Assembly: GCF_025526975.1 (NCBI RefSeq) | Contig: NW_026515668.1 | Span: 1,922,001 to 1,986,000 of the forward strand | Source: Fimicolochytrium jonesii | Lineage: Eukaryota | Direction: 5' to 3' | DNA length: 64,000 bases | In this document: one piece after another, positions 48,397 through 60,734 of the stretch | Layout: every line of letters begins with the position of its first letter | Position numbering within the stretch: the first letter of the stretch is position 1 | Notes under the pieces: generated by a model | The model's input: the letters and a program-made list of their open reading frames with translations, nothing else | The model's database searches: none | What the model was told of the DNA's origin: nothing | Program-made: the position numbers and the translations under genes

Positions 48397-50315
48397 TGTC
48401 GTCCATCGAAGAGAAGAAGGCCGCGCTCGAGGCGAAGAAGAAGGCGCTTGAGGCGGAGGAAGAAGAAACCCGACGGTTGGAGGAGGAGGCTGCGGCCGCG
48501 AGCAGCTCGAAGGGAAAGGGGCGAGCGCGGGAGGAGGAGGAGGATGACAAGGAGGAGGAGAAGGGGGGGAAGAAACCCCGTTTTGGCAAGGCTCAAGCCA
48601 AGCTCGGCAAGAAGCCGGTAGACGACGCCGATCGTATGAAATTGAAAACATTTCAGGACGTGGTGGCGCGTTTGCGCCAACAGCAGCTGAAATGTCCACA
48701 TTCGCTGCGAGGGTGAAGGATGAGGGGGAATGGTGGTGGTGGCCGCAGGAGGCGCTCAAGGACATGGCGGATCTCCTCGGGCTTCTTCCCGACACTTTCG
48801 TCCACCATGGCAAGGCCGGCAGACGGACCGTAGACGGCCTTGCCTTCCCGGGTTACTGGATCAATTCAGACCTTCTGGGTAAGTCGTTTTTCCAGGATTC
48901 CTCAAGATTGCAACATTCCCACGACTTTTTTTCACTCGATCATCCACATTCCCGACCATGCTCAGAGCAACCCTGAAGGGAGTCAACAAGCGGGATTACG
49001 GCTGGCTGCAAGCCGCCGAAGCAGAAGAGGACGCCGAGAGACAGCGACGTAATGCAACACTAGAAGCCGAGCGACCTGCCGCTGCGAAGCAAGCCGCGAA
49101 CGCAAAGGCCCGAGAGCGAGAGCGAAAAGCTGCCGCGAACGCATCAAAGCAAGCGGAGCGCGCTGCCGCAGCCGAGCTCAAGAAGACAGAGCGCGCCGCC
49201 ACAGCAGCTGCCCGGAAGGAGAAGGAAGCAGAGGAAAAAGAGCGCAAGAAGGCGGCGAGGGAACTAAAGGCTGCTGAGACCTCTGCCGAGACCGCTGCCC
49301 GGAAACGACAAGTTAACAGGGAGACATATGCGAGGGCCAAAGCCCGCTGGACTCCAGAGGACGTGGAGCGAAAAAAGGCAAAGCAGAGAACGTGGTGGGC
49401 AGCAGGCCTCAAGTGTTTCAAATGCAAAGAGATGGTGAGCGTTGCAACGAGAAGGCTGTGTTCTCTGATAGAACTCGCTCACAGACAAATGCTTTGCCCT
49501 ACAGAACGACCTCACCATGGCCAACGGGAGAGGAGCCTGCCCGACCCACTTGGCCATGGGATTGGGCCAGACCAGCAGGTTATTGGCTGAAGTGCGAGCC
49601 TCTGGAGTACGAGGCTTGCATGACCATGGCCGCGTACCTGGAAGCCTACCCCGCCTCGATTTGATACACGAACGCTTGCAAGGCACCATATGGTCGGAAA
49701 TCTTGCGTAGCGGAGGGCGGCGCGTCGAGGTCGCCTACGACTACGAGTTCCAGACTGGTGTCCCCCTTGCCGTGGCCAGGATTTTCGAGCTTGGATGGGC
49801 AGCTGCTTTGCCTGACGGCACCCGTCAGCCTCCCGCCTCACACTTCTACGAGGACAATTCCAATGCCAAAGAACCAGAAGAGCAATTCCTGGCGAACTTT
49901 GGAGACACCTTTGTGCCCAAGGAGTGACCCTTTTCTCCTGGTCCACCAACCATTGCGACAAGGTGTTGATGGAAAGGACGCGTCCATCCCAACCAGCCCA
50001 CTGGAAGTTCCGCAACCTGCGCCAACTAGTTCGCCTTCTTTGGCCAAGCAGGAGATCGAAGACCATTGCGGAGGTGACCAACGTGACGCGCCCTGCCTCC
50101 ATCGCGTTCCCTCGCCGCTCGCTGTCGGATGTGGTGACGGACATCCTGCCTGAAGAGACCTACGACTTTCGCAATGCAGAGGAGGACAGCAGAGCCGTGA
50201 TGGATCTCTTGGAGTACTTGAGGGATTGGTATGCAAGGACAGCAACGGTACGTCTCATGTTTGTCATTTGTCTACTCTCACTCCTTCCCTTTGTACTCCT
50301 TCTGTTTAGATGTAA
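48397..50315 (+). pseudogene. Frameshifted gene: charged coiled coil, small zinc finger and DEDDh-type 3'-5' exonuclease
   Basis: VAYDYEFQTG / IFELGW (ExoI), FSWSTNHCDKVLM (ExoII), RNAEEDSRAV (ExoIII); CFKC...CPTH; frameshifts near 48690 and 49924. Confidence 0.55.
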
Positions 50316-51198
50316 CGACGAAACGTTCTGCCTGGTGTCAGCCTCGTGATTATGTACGCTCCGTGCGCAGATCGCCTGTAACTATGATCAAGATGTACGC
50401 CCTCGGGCTAGCGAGCATCGCTACTGGTCCAATGGTTGCGCGAAGGGCATGGTACCTCGCACATATGGGGCAGGTTACTTTCACAAAAGAGAAGCGTTTG
50501 ACAACCGAAAGAGGCGCGAGTAACTACGATGTTGAGACATCGAGACATGGAAGTCTGAGTACAAACCAAAGACAAGGGCTATCGAAACCGTCGCTTCTCA
50601 AACTAACGGATGGTTTCTTCAATTTCAGAACTAGCCGGACAGACACAGGGATTTCACATTGGAGGACGGAGGGAGAAGGGATATGTGTGCGTGTTTATCG
50701 GGGCGGATATTCTGGATAAGGCAGCGGTGGTTGTGGCTTATGTTGGTATAGGAAGGGGGGGTCGAGGAGGGAGTGAGAGGACCTCGAGGTTGCGGTTTGT
50801 TGAGGGCATCTGGGTGTTTATTTAGCGTGTGGGCGTGAGTAGGCGGAGTGTGCGCTTTCGGACATTTCGGACATCCCACTTGCGCCGCATCCCTGCGCCT
50901 CTTGTGCCTGGATTCGTCCGAAACCTGCGGAGATACCTTTCGGAGTTGCCCTTCGGAGAAGTGTGATATCAGAAGCGAAGGCAGTGTAGAAGTCCGCTGT
51001 TCGCGAGATTGAAACTATCCTCCGTTCGCATGATGCTATTGATATGAAAGCCTTTTTTTGGCAGTGCGCCCATGCGTACGCTCCGCTCTCGACTATAACA
51101 GTGATTCCAATAATGCGTGCACACGTAGAGGGCGCAGCTCATTCAACACTTCCAAGCCATCGGACACCCAAGAAACCACCATCACCCACCTCCCACCA

Positions 51199-52565
51199 TC
51201 AATCCTCATCTCCCTCAACAACCCACCCATCCACCTCCCCCCTCACAACCTCCGCCCACCGTTCCACAACCTCCCTGTCCGTCCCCACAAGGCTCACTAC
51301 AACCCCCGGCCGTCCCTTCCCCCCGTCCAGGCCATCCCCCCCAGGTCGAACAGGATGTCTCTGCCACTTGGGGTAGGACCCGACCTTGATCCCGTCGGGT
51401 GCCGCGCGGGCCTGGATGGAGGTGAGGGCGGGCGCGATGGTGGATTCGGGGAGGATGGTGCCGATTTGGACGCGGATGTAGAGCGCGGGGTGGGAGGATG
51501 CGGGGGGGAGGAGGGTGGGGAGGACGGCGGTGAGGAGGCGTTCGAAGAGGCGGGGGATGCCTGCCATTAAACCATAACAGTCAGTACATATACATCAGGC
51601 GCTATCAGTCGAGTTCTGGCGATGATGATACATACCAGGTAAGATCCAAACATTCCTAACCCCCACAACCGGCACCCACAACCCCTCACACGGATGCACG
51701 ACCTTTACCTCCTCCCCATACGGCACCCACGCCATACGTTTCCGCGCGTCAGTCATCTCCACCTCCTTCCCATCCTTCCGCGGGGTCAGCTTGCGCATCA
51801 GCTCAAGGGTGCGCGTGTCGTGGTGCAGCGGGAGGGAGAAGGCGTGTGCTATTGAGGGGTAGGTAATATCGTCGTGGGTTGGGCTGAAGTGGATACCATA
51901 TGTTTAAATGTGGGGTGGAATTGGGGAGAGGAAAATGTTGACGTACCCGATGCCACCGCTGGTGAACACGATCCCGTACGATGCGGACATCTCCCGTACC
52001 GTTTGGGCGATATCTTCCGTGATGTCGGGGACGACGACGATGCGTTTGAGGTCGAGGCCGTGATCAAAACATTTTTTGGCTGTGTGTGGGAGGGATATCA
52101 CATTGAAACTTAGTCACAGGTTCCATTTCTCGACTTGCGAACCCCCGAGAGCTCAAGGGAGTAAAAGACTCACCGAGAAAGTGCGAATTGGTATCTAACG
52201 TCTTTCCTAACCAGACGAACATCACAACGTAAGCCCAGTTCTCGCCGTCTCCCCCACGCCCTCCAGCTTCCCCGTCCTCAACCCCGTTCCCCCTTCAAAC
52301 ACCACCCCAACGTCCCCATCAACCCACCTCCCAAAACCTCATCCCCAATAATCACACACGCCACCGACGCCGGGTTCACAGTGTTCACAGCTGTCCCTCC
52401 ATCTCCTGTGCCGCTGGCAGTCGTAAGTGATCTTGCGAGTAGGTGGACGCGTCGTTGGGCGATTGTTGTGTTGAGTCTTGTTGGGTTGAGCATGGGTGTT
52501 AGGTGGTGGAGGGTGAGGGGTGTCGGTCGGAGTATCAGGGGGATGAGGGACGGTGGTGGGCGCAT
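51199..52565 (-). CDS. Molybdopterin-binding (CinA/MoCF_biosynth) domain protein, FAD pyrophosphatase-like, multi-exon
   Basis: CVIIGDEVL, DTNSHFL, IVFTSGGIGPTHDDITY, VWILPGIPRLF; Arg/Leu/Thr-rich presequence-like N-terminus. Confidence 0.87.
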
Positions 52566-52823
52566 GGTGCGATTCTGAGAGGGAGTTTGAAAGGGAGGGG
52601 AGACGGAAAATGGGGCCTCGGGCGAAGTCGGCCGGTTAAGAATGGGCTTGATGTTCCACACACACACAGACTCACAAACGTATGTACATATTTTTCCGTT
52701 GACAAGGATCTGATACAGAATACACCGTATAAACAGCAGAACCACCCACTGATGCGCTTATAGTACAGTCTTCCCGTAACTACCACCCTCCTGTATCACC
52801 TCCCTCACGAGCCTTTGAAAGGC

Positions 52824-54107
52824 CTACTTTGGTCGTTTGCTGCTACTCCCACTACTAGACGGCGGTCTCGGTCCCAACGATGAGGACGATCCCGCAGGCG
52901 AAGTTCCCTTCTTCGCAGCCTTCAACGTATGACCCGCACCCGTGAACGCCGACGGCCCACCCCCGGACGGCTTTGAGTTGTCACCAGCCGCTTCGGTACC
53001 ATCCGAGACCTTTTTCACAGGCACGACGGGGTATCCGAAAAACAATTTGCCAGCGGGTAACCTCAGCGCCGCCGGGATGTTGGTGTCCGCAATGTCGTTT
53101 TCGCGGGTATCTTCTTTCGCCCCACCGCTGCTGCTGCCACCACCACCACTCACAGGTCCCTTCCCACCGAGATTCTGTCCCTTCCCAGCAAATGGCTTGA
53201 AGCCGATATCGTCGGCTACGGCATGCTGCGCTATGCTCGTTGTGCTTCCCTTCAGTGTCGCGGCTGATACAGCTTGTCCGGGCCTTCCCATTGGAGTAGG
53301 CTCGACGTACCCAAGCGGCGCCGCGAAATCGACTTCCAAATCTGTCTCGACGATCGAGATACCAGGTCCATTTGGTTTGATTTCTAGGACAAGGATATCG
53401 TATAGTTTGTCGTTATAGCTAAAGGTAATGATATCGCCGACGGTGAGGGTCGAGAAGTTCCGTAAGGCCTGTTCCAGCACCGCTTTCGGGTCGGTGATGT
53501 CGAGGAAGTCCACTGACTGGGGCTGGATCTTGACGAACGTTCCCAATGGGAGCTCAACGTTTTTGATCTCGATGAATTGTCCTTCTTGCAGCAAGAGTGT
53601 CTGCATCATCCATTGCGGGAGGTAGACACGTCCTTCTTCGGCTGTGAACTCGAGGACGCCCGAGTGTGATGTTCGGTCTTGTGCGGTGTTCTTGAGCTGG
53701 AACAGCATTGGCCAGCTGATGTGCAGTGCAGCTGTAGAATGAATTAGTCCCATGTCAGGCAAGGTGGAAAATTACGTTGAAACAACGTGTACTCACAAAG
53801 CTTGATGAAAGCCGATTGAGGCATCACAATCTTCCCACCATACAAAAACTCGGGCCGTTCCGTGCGAGTTTGCATCATTGCAGCAGAGTAGCAGCGATAG
53901 GTCTCGGTCTGTCATGTGATGGACGTAGTGGTGAGAAAGAGGTGGGTACGGAGGATGCACGGAACACCCAAAACTTACGAAAGACCCCTGTCGAGTCCCG
54001 AAACCCAGCGCTTGGCCATGATCATCGTCGTAGTAGCCTCCAAACTGTAAAATAATGGAATGAGTGAGTTTGAAGGTTTACGAAGTCTATAAGCCGTGAC
54101 ATACCAT
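52824..54107 (-). CDS. UFD1: Ubiquitin fusion degradation protein 1
   Basis: WPMLFQL..SHSGVLEFTAEEGRVYLPQWMM, VKIQPQSVDFLDITDPKAVLE, ETDLEVDFAAPLGY. Confidence 0.96.
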
Positions 54108-54500
54108 TCTGTCCCAGGGAGAGGTAATAGCGAAAGGAGCTCCGGTGAGGATAAGGGTTGAGCGAGGAAGACAGCGAACGTGACGGGTCGGAGACTCGGT
54201 CGCACAGGAAACGGATACAGGGGCGATTGGATGACAATACTCTTGAGGGCGAAGGAGAGAGAGGTATGCAGGACAGAGAGCGGCTGCCGGTACGTCAAAT
54301 GTATATGTATATACTGTAAGGCTTGTAGCTGGGGGTTTCTGTGGGAGAAACGGGGACGGACGTCTGAGAGCTGGAGAGGAAGGGAGAGGAGGGAGAGGAC
54401 GCGTTTTGCAGAAGGGCAGGATTGCTCTCCGACCCGACTTGTGAATGGCAAGCAGGCAACCCAACAGTCACTGGCAGAGCCTACAGCAACCCACGAGCGA

Positions 54501-56052
54501 ATGGCTACACTCTTTCAGCAGAAAGAGGAGGCCTTCCGCTCCCAAGAGCAAGCCATTGCCACAAAAATCGCTCGCTGTCTCTCGGACGACGTCCTCAGCT
54601 ATGACCTGAACACTGCTACTCGCATTCGCGAGGCCGTGGATGGATGTGAGTTGAATGCGAGGGGTGCTGGAGACCGGCTACCTGGCCATTCTCACTCGGT
54701 GATGCGGCCAAGTGGCTGAGAAGGGATTATCCCCGTCTGCCCCAGGCCGGGCACTTGATCTATCGATATTTGCACGCGTATATATGGTTCTCACTCTTCG
54801 TATCTCACTTTCCCCAGGGCTCCCCCTAACCCACCTCCTCCACCCAACCCTCGGCACAACCGACGAAATCGTAGCCGCCCACGCCATCCGCGACCACTCC
54901 CCGCACCTCGAAATCAGCATCGACGGTAAATCCATCCGCCGTCGCCACACCATCCCCGATTACTCTCTCCTCGACGCCCGCACACTTTACGTGGACCACC
55001 TCCCCGCCAAAACCACCTCCGACGCCCTGGGCAAATGTTTCGCACCGTTCGGGGCGGTCGAGCGGTGCGTGTTTCCGGAGATAAGAGGGGATCAGGCGAG
55101 CGTCTGGGCGTTTGTCGTCTTTGAGACGCAGGAGGAGATGGAGAACGCCGCGCGGCATTTTGGGACCCTGTGGCGGCCACTAACGACGGAAACCGATCTG
55201 AAAACATTCATCGAAACTCCACCACACCCCTCCACACCCCTCGGCGAGATCCGCACCATCCCCAAACCCCGCTGGAACGAGCTAACAGATACCTACGCAT
55301 CACTGCACACATCTCGCAAATCTCACCTCCACCAACTCTCTCAAAATCACCACCCCGTCCAAAAAGCCGTCTTCCAAACCCGCGTCCTCGCCAAATTCAC
55401 AGGCGCACACCCACAGGCCACCACCCGCGTGCTCCGGAAACTGTTTGAGATGATTGCGCCCGTTTCGTTTGTCGAGACGCGCAAGGGTGGCGGCGGCGGG
55501 GAAGGGATTGTGAGGTTCAAGACCATGCATGGGGCGAGGTTGGCGGTTGTGTGGTTTGGGAGGGAGTATGTGTGCCAGATGCATAAGGGGGATACGGGGA
55601 CGTTGTTGCAGGGGGGAAAGGTGAAGGAGAGGAAGGGGAAGGATGCGATTGCTATGGCCACGGATGGGGATGGGGCGGACGTGCAGAGTGAGTGGGCTGA
55701 GTGGGGGGACGAAGTAGCTGAAGAGGGCGGTGATGATGAAGCACAAGCCGACGCGGTCGTGGGGAAACCTAAATACCCAAACATCTCGTTGGAACTGATG
55801 ACAGGCGACGAGGAGGCCGAGTACTGGGACCACATCTTCTCCAAGCAAGAAGAAAAGGAATGGCATCAGAAACAGCAACGGCGACACCCGCAACCGCAAC
55901 ACAACTCCAGATCCACCGCCCCACAACATCACAAGCCCCCACTCACAGCAACGTCAATACCGACCAAACGCCCCGCCGAAGTCCCACCACCAACCGACGA
56001 CCCACCGCCCCGAAAACACATCAAATTCTCAGATAGCAGCGAGGAAGACTGA
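54501..56052 (+). CDS. LARP7: La-related protein: La motif, RRM and C-terminal xRRM (LARP7/p65/Pof8-like); exons 54501-54645 and 54818-56052
   Basis: LEISIDGKSIRR, RTLYVDHLP...WAFVVFE, EGIVRFKT...LELMTGDEEAEYWDHI. Confidence 0.72.
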
Positions 56053-56342
56053 TTCTTACGAAAACCCTCGAATACGATTGGATTTCCCATATACGCCGTA
56101 TTGCGCTTAAACACAAAAAACTGGGGGGAACTGGGGGCCCTAGTGAGCTAGCTAGGGAAGATAGTCATTCGGTCAGGCAGTCTCTACTCTAGTGATGGGC
56201 TGCATCGAGGGCAGGGAGACTCGGGAAGGGGAAGGGGGAAAACACACCCAAAAACGTAATTTTAAGGCAGGGGAGGGTGATTGTATGTACAGCGGGGAGA
56301 GATGCGTTTGTATAGAGTGGATGAATACGTCCAGGCGGTTGT

Positions 56343-58249
56343 TTAGAAATTTTCTGTGGAAGACAGGGAGAGGTTGATCAGCTTACATGTTCATCAAACA
56401 ATATACCCCCGAAACGGAACGTGAAAGTCTCACCTTTCCCATAGAAGAACCTCGTCCCATTCTCCGTCGCCTCCGTCCACCTATTACACGCCTTATGCAG
56501 CGCCCCACTCAACACCTTCGGTCCACAGAACATCACGCCCACATCCGTCCCCGGGTGATTACTCCTAACCATCTTGAAAATCGCGTCCCAATTCGGTCTT
56601 CCATAGTTCGTCGGCGCCCTCAAACCCGTAATCGCGTCAGACACCCCTTCCTCGTCATTAACAATGATATTCTTGACCTCGTCGATCTTGAGCCCCCCGG
56701 TGAGGTAGGTGTGGATCTCGAGGAACCCGTCGATGTTTTCCTCCTCGAGGGTCATGAGGAGGTCCTGGAACCATTCAAAGGCGTCCTTGTCGCGGCATAC
56801 CCAGAAGAAGTAGACTTTTTTCAGGCTGACCATGCCGGTGGGGTTGTTGATGCGGTACCAGACGGTTTTGAGGATCGAGGCGAAGGGGGTGACGCCGATA
56901 CCGGCACCGACGAGGATGGCGGCTTCGTATTCGAAGACGTCTTCGGAGGCCGAGCCGTAGGGGCCGTCGATCATGATGAAAGGGAGGGAAGTGGGCGCGG
57001 CCATGCCGGCTTCGTCGGCGTCGCCGAAGCGGCAGCCGCAGCGTTTGGCGAATTTGGTGGTCCAGTCGCCGACGACGCGGATGTGGATGGAGATGAATTC
57101 CTCGTGTGGGGAGGAGGTAAGGGTGAACGGGTGCCACTCAAAGTTGCCAATCTCGGGGCAGCAGATGAAGATGTACTGCCCCGCTTTTGTGAGGCAGGAC
57201 GGTTTTTTGATTTGGATCTCGACGACTTTGGAAGGGTGCTGCACAACTTTGGAAATGTAGGTCTTTCTGCGGCCCCGGGCTTCGCGGAGCACGCGTTCGA
57301 GGAGGTAGGCGGCGCCGGAGAGGACCCACCACTTCCAGAAGGTCGGTCCGCCACGGCAGAGGTCGACGTTCTTGTTGCCGTCGGCGGGGATGTCGGCTTT
57401 GATGAAGCAGAAGGCGCCGTGCATGAGGAGACCGCCGAAAAAGACAATGAAGAGATGGTGCGTGAACCAGAACATCTCAAAGTACTTCCTTCGCACGCCT
57501 TCCAGTGCTGATGTCACCATCAAGAAGAAGGACACCGTGATGATTTGACCTATCAAGGGAGCCCAATATTAGTGAATCAGGCTCAGTCTAGACTAGACTA
57601 GGAAGCCCAAGCACAAGTACCCACCAGTCCATCCAGGACCCGACAACCAAGCCAGACCGCGGGCCGTCTTCGCCGGTCCCAAAGCCTGCTCCACATACAG
57701 GTAATTGAAGTAATGCGCCACAACGTGAATGTAGGTCCAAAACACAATACACCACGCAATGACAATATGGAACGTGATGTTCTTGTCAAACGGCACGTAT
57801 TTGTTGAGAATCGTCGTCCTGACCATCGAGATCAAGTTCCTGCACACTGTGAACAGGAGAATCGCACAGTTCAAATTGATCACGTTCGCTGCTGCACGAG
57901 CGGTGGGTAGCCCGTGGCCGAGCACGGACCGGAACGTCGTGAGGTTGCTGGCGGTCCATAGTTGTTGGTACGAGATGGCGAAGTAGGCGACCTGTATCGC
58001 CAACCATAAGACTGTGAAGATCTGCCGTGGCCCTATAGATTCGTGAACAGATAAGCGTTGGGAACCCTCCTACTAGAGGTACGATAGGTGAACAAAGCCA
58101 AACCCACCTTCATTGACCATCCAGTTATCGAATCTGACTCTTATTTTACTCTTCCTGGTTCTCTGGCGGCGCTCTCCCAGCTGCACATGGTGGTTGTTAG
58201 CCCCCCCGCCCTTATAGTATATGCTGTTTGTCGCCGGTCGAGCCGACAT
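56343..58249 (-). CDS. NOXB: NADPH oxidase catalytic subunit, NoxB/Nox2 type, multi-exon
   Basis: N-terminal extension RFDNWMVNEG; heme His helices; EWHPFTLTS, IDGPYG, VGAGIGVTPF, MFCGP, GKENF*. Confidence 0.92.
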
Positions 58250-58941
58250 TGTGAGTTGGTTGTTGTCACGAGTGGGGTTGCAATGTCAATATTGGAAAGT
58301 TGCGGGTTTGCGGCCACGGGAAGTTGCGGGCGGAAACTGTTCGCAGCTATGCTGGCGGTGCCTAATGTATATACGAAGGGCAGCAGGTGGGAAACAAAAA
58401 CAGAAAGCCAAGAAAACCCGGTGGAGGGGGTGGGTGGGTATGGGAGTGATGAGAGTCCTTTGTTTGTCGCTTGCTGAGCGGCGCTGCTGGTTGGGGGGGG
58501 AATCCCTGAGACGAGACAGTTGCTATCGCGCGCGTATGGGGGCGAGGGATCCTGCGCCAAATGCAGCAACAGCAGCATCGCTCGCAGGTGAAACGCAAGG
58601 GGATCATCATGCAGGTCCATTTCTTGCATTCTGTCCAATCAATCGCTCGCCCGCGCTGATCTGCGGCACCGTTTCAAATGGGTGGGCGACATAAATTGCG
58701 ACGCAACATCACGTGGAGGCCGAGGTTTAAAGAGTCTTGGTTTGCGGGCATGAGTCGAATGATTAAATGAGTTGAGTCATGGCATGGGCATCATTGGGCT
58801 TCCCGCAATGACAGAATCGCGCTGTCAGTTGGTCGCATTATCCACAAACTCTGAGTTCGAATAAAACCAGGTCGCTCCCGGCTGAGGTCCGTCGAACAAC
58901 GCAAACCTCATCTCAAGACCGCCCGATGCTTCACATATAAC

Positions 58942-59705
58942 ATGACACAAACAACCGACTCCGATGCACCCGCATCCCCACGCCGCACCATCTCCCTCGC
59001 CATCCCCTCGCCATCCCCCACCCACGACTACATCCTAACCGAACCCCGCCTCACCGACTGTCCCCACATCACCGCCATCTTCGCGCACCCGATCAAAAAC
59101 ATCCCCATCTACAAGGGCACGCTAAGCATTCCCAATCCCTTCACTCTAGAATTATGCGAGAAGTGGGTGACTAAGAACCAGGCGAACTTTGCAAGTGAGG
59201 GTGCCGTGCTTGGGTTCATGATCCGTGCTGTTCCCAAGGATACTGGGGGCGATGGCATGCCCGTCGGGTGGATTGATTTTCGCCGGGATGAAAGGTTGTT
59301 GAGGGATGATGACGGGAACCTGCTGAAGGAGCCGCCGTGTGGAGTGGAGCTGGGCTACTGGCTGGATCCGGAGCACGGGGGTTATGGGGTGATGGGCGCA
59401 GCGGTAAAAGCGATGTGTGACATCGCCTTCAACGATGTCGGCGTGGAGAGAGTGTTCGGGCAGTGCTTCGTTGAGAACGCTGGTGAGTTCCTGATTACAC
59501 ATGCGTCGTTTCCCGTGGGATGCAGGTCCTCATCAGTGGTCTCCCTTTTCTTGTTTGTTTAGCATCCGCACGAGTCATGGAAAGGGCCGGAATGAAGTTG
59601 GATGGGACGCTGCGAGCTCTCGTACGAAAGCATGGGAAGCCCATGGACTGTAAACAATACAGCATCCTGCGGCATGAGTGGGAAGCACTGCGGACGGACC
59701 GATAG
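58942..59705 (+). CDS. GNAT acetyltransferase, RimJ/RimL family (2 exons)
   Basis: VELGYWLDPEHGGYGVMGAAV...FVENAASARVMERAGM. Confidence 0.88.
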
Positions 59706-59847
59706 ACTCTGTTGCGGAAAGTGTACATACGTGGGTTAGCTGACAATCACGCAATCCTAGAATTCGGGGGGTCGACCAAAACTGTACCGAGAATGTATAT
59801 CTGTATACCTACATACCCTATTCCACGTAATGAAAACTATGCCTCTA

Positions 59848-60584
59848 CTACCCCATAGCGGTCCGAAAGGCCCCATCCACTCCCACTCTCCTCCTCAGCT
59901 CCCGAACTTCCTCCCTCAACCCCCTATTCTCCTCCTCCAACTTCACCATCCTCTCCTCTGTCGTCGTCTCCACCGCCGTCGCAACCCCATCAATCACCCT
60001 CACAAGCCGCCAACACCTCAACACAATCAATAACCCGGCAATCTCCCCCGCGGCGCCTTTGAGAACCACCTCAAGCACCAGCGATGCGAGGACGACTGTC
60101 AGATCGAAGAGATGTAATGGGTTATGGATATAGTATCTGACACCGAACACGCACATCCGCGCCGCGTGCTCGAGGATGAAGAGGGCTAGAATAACCAACG
60201 AGGCGAGGCTCAATAAGTGCAGCCATAGAGTTTCCTCGGGTTCGTCAGGGTTGGGGAGAGGTTGCCCCGTGGAGTCACACTGGTGTTCGAGTTCCATGAA
60301 GGAGACGACGAGCTCGGCTATGACGCACCCGAGGTCGAGGGCGACGAGGATGAGGATGCCGACGTGGAAGCTGTGGGATTCCAGGAGTTTTGCTAGCCTG
60401 TGTGCAATCAAATCGGCTGAGTGACCTGACATACCAGATTGCCGGGGTGTTCGACTCGTTCGCTATACCTTGCGGATAACCGATTTCGTGGACAAGGCAG
60501 CACCGTTCCACTCCCCATCGGAGCCTCTGGTGGCATGTCCAGTAAATACGTTGTGGAGTCCGCATCCCCTTGTCTTGCCGCCAT
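59848..60584 (-). CDS. HVCN1: Voltage-gated proton channel Hv1 (2 exons)
   Basis: Four TM helices, S1 Asp (LVALDL), S4 RCWRLVR motif, C-terminal coiled coil, no pore domain. Confidence 0.9.
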
Positions 60585-60734
60585 CGTGGCTCTCAAAGTT
60601 ACGGTGGGCCAAGAAACAGCAAGAAACCTGAGCGTCCTTTCCCCAAAGAGAACGCGTCAGCAAAGGGTCTGAGGCTGGAGCCAGGGCTTGAGCCAGGGTT
60701 GCATTCCTAGGCACATTTGGAAAATTCCCGGCAA

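Noticed and set aside
56387..57511. 374-aa plus-strand ORF, and similar shadow ORFs such as 44815-45786
   Set aside because: Antisense shadows of GC-rich real genes with no recognisable motifs.
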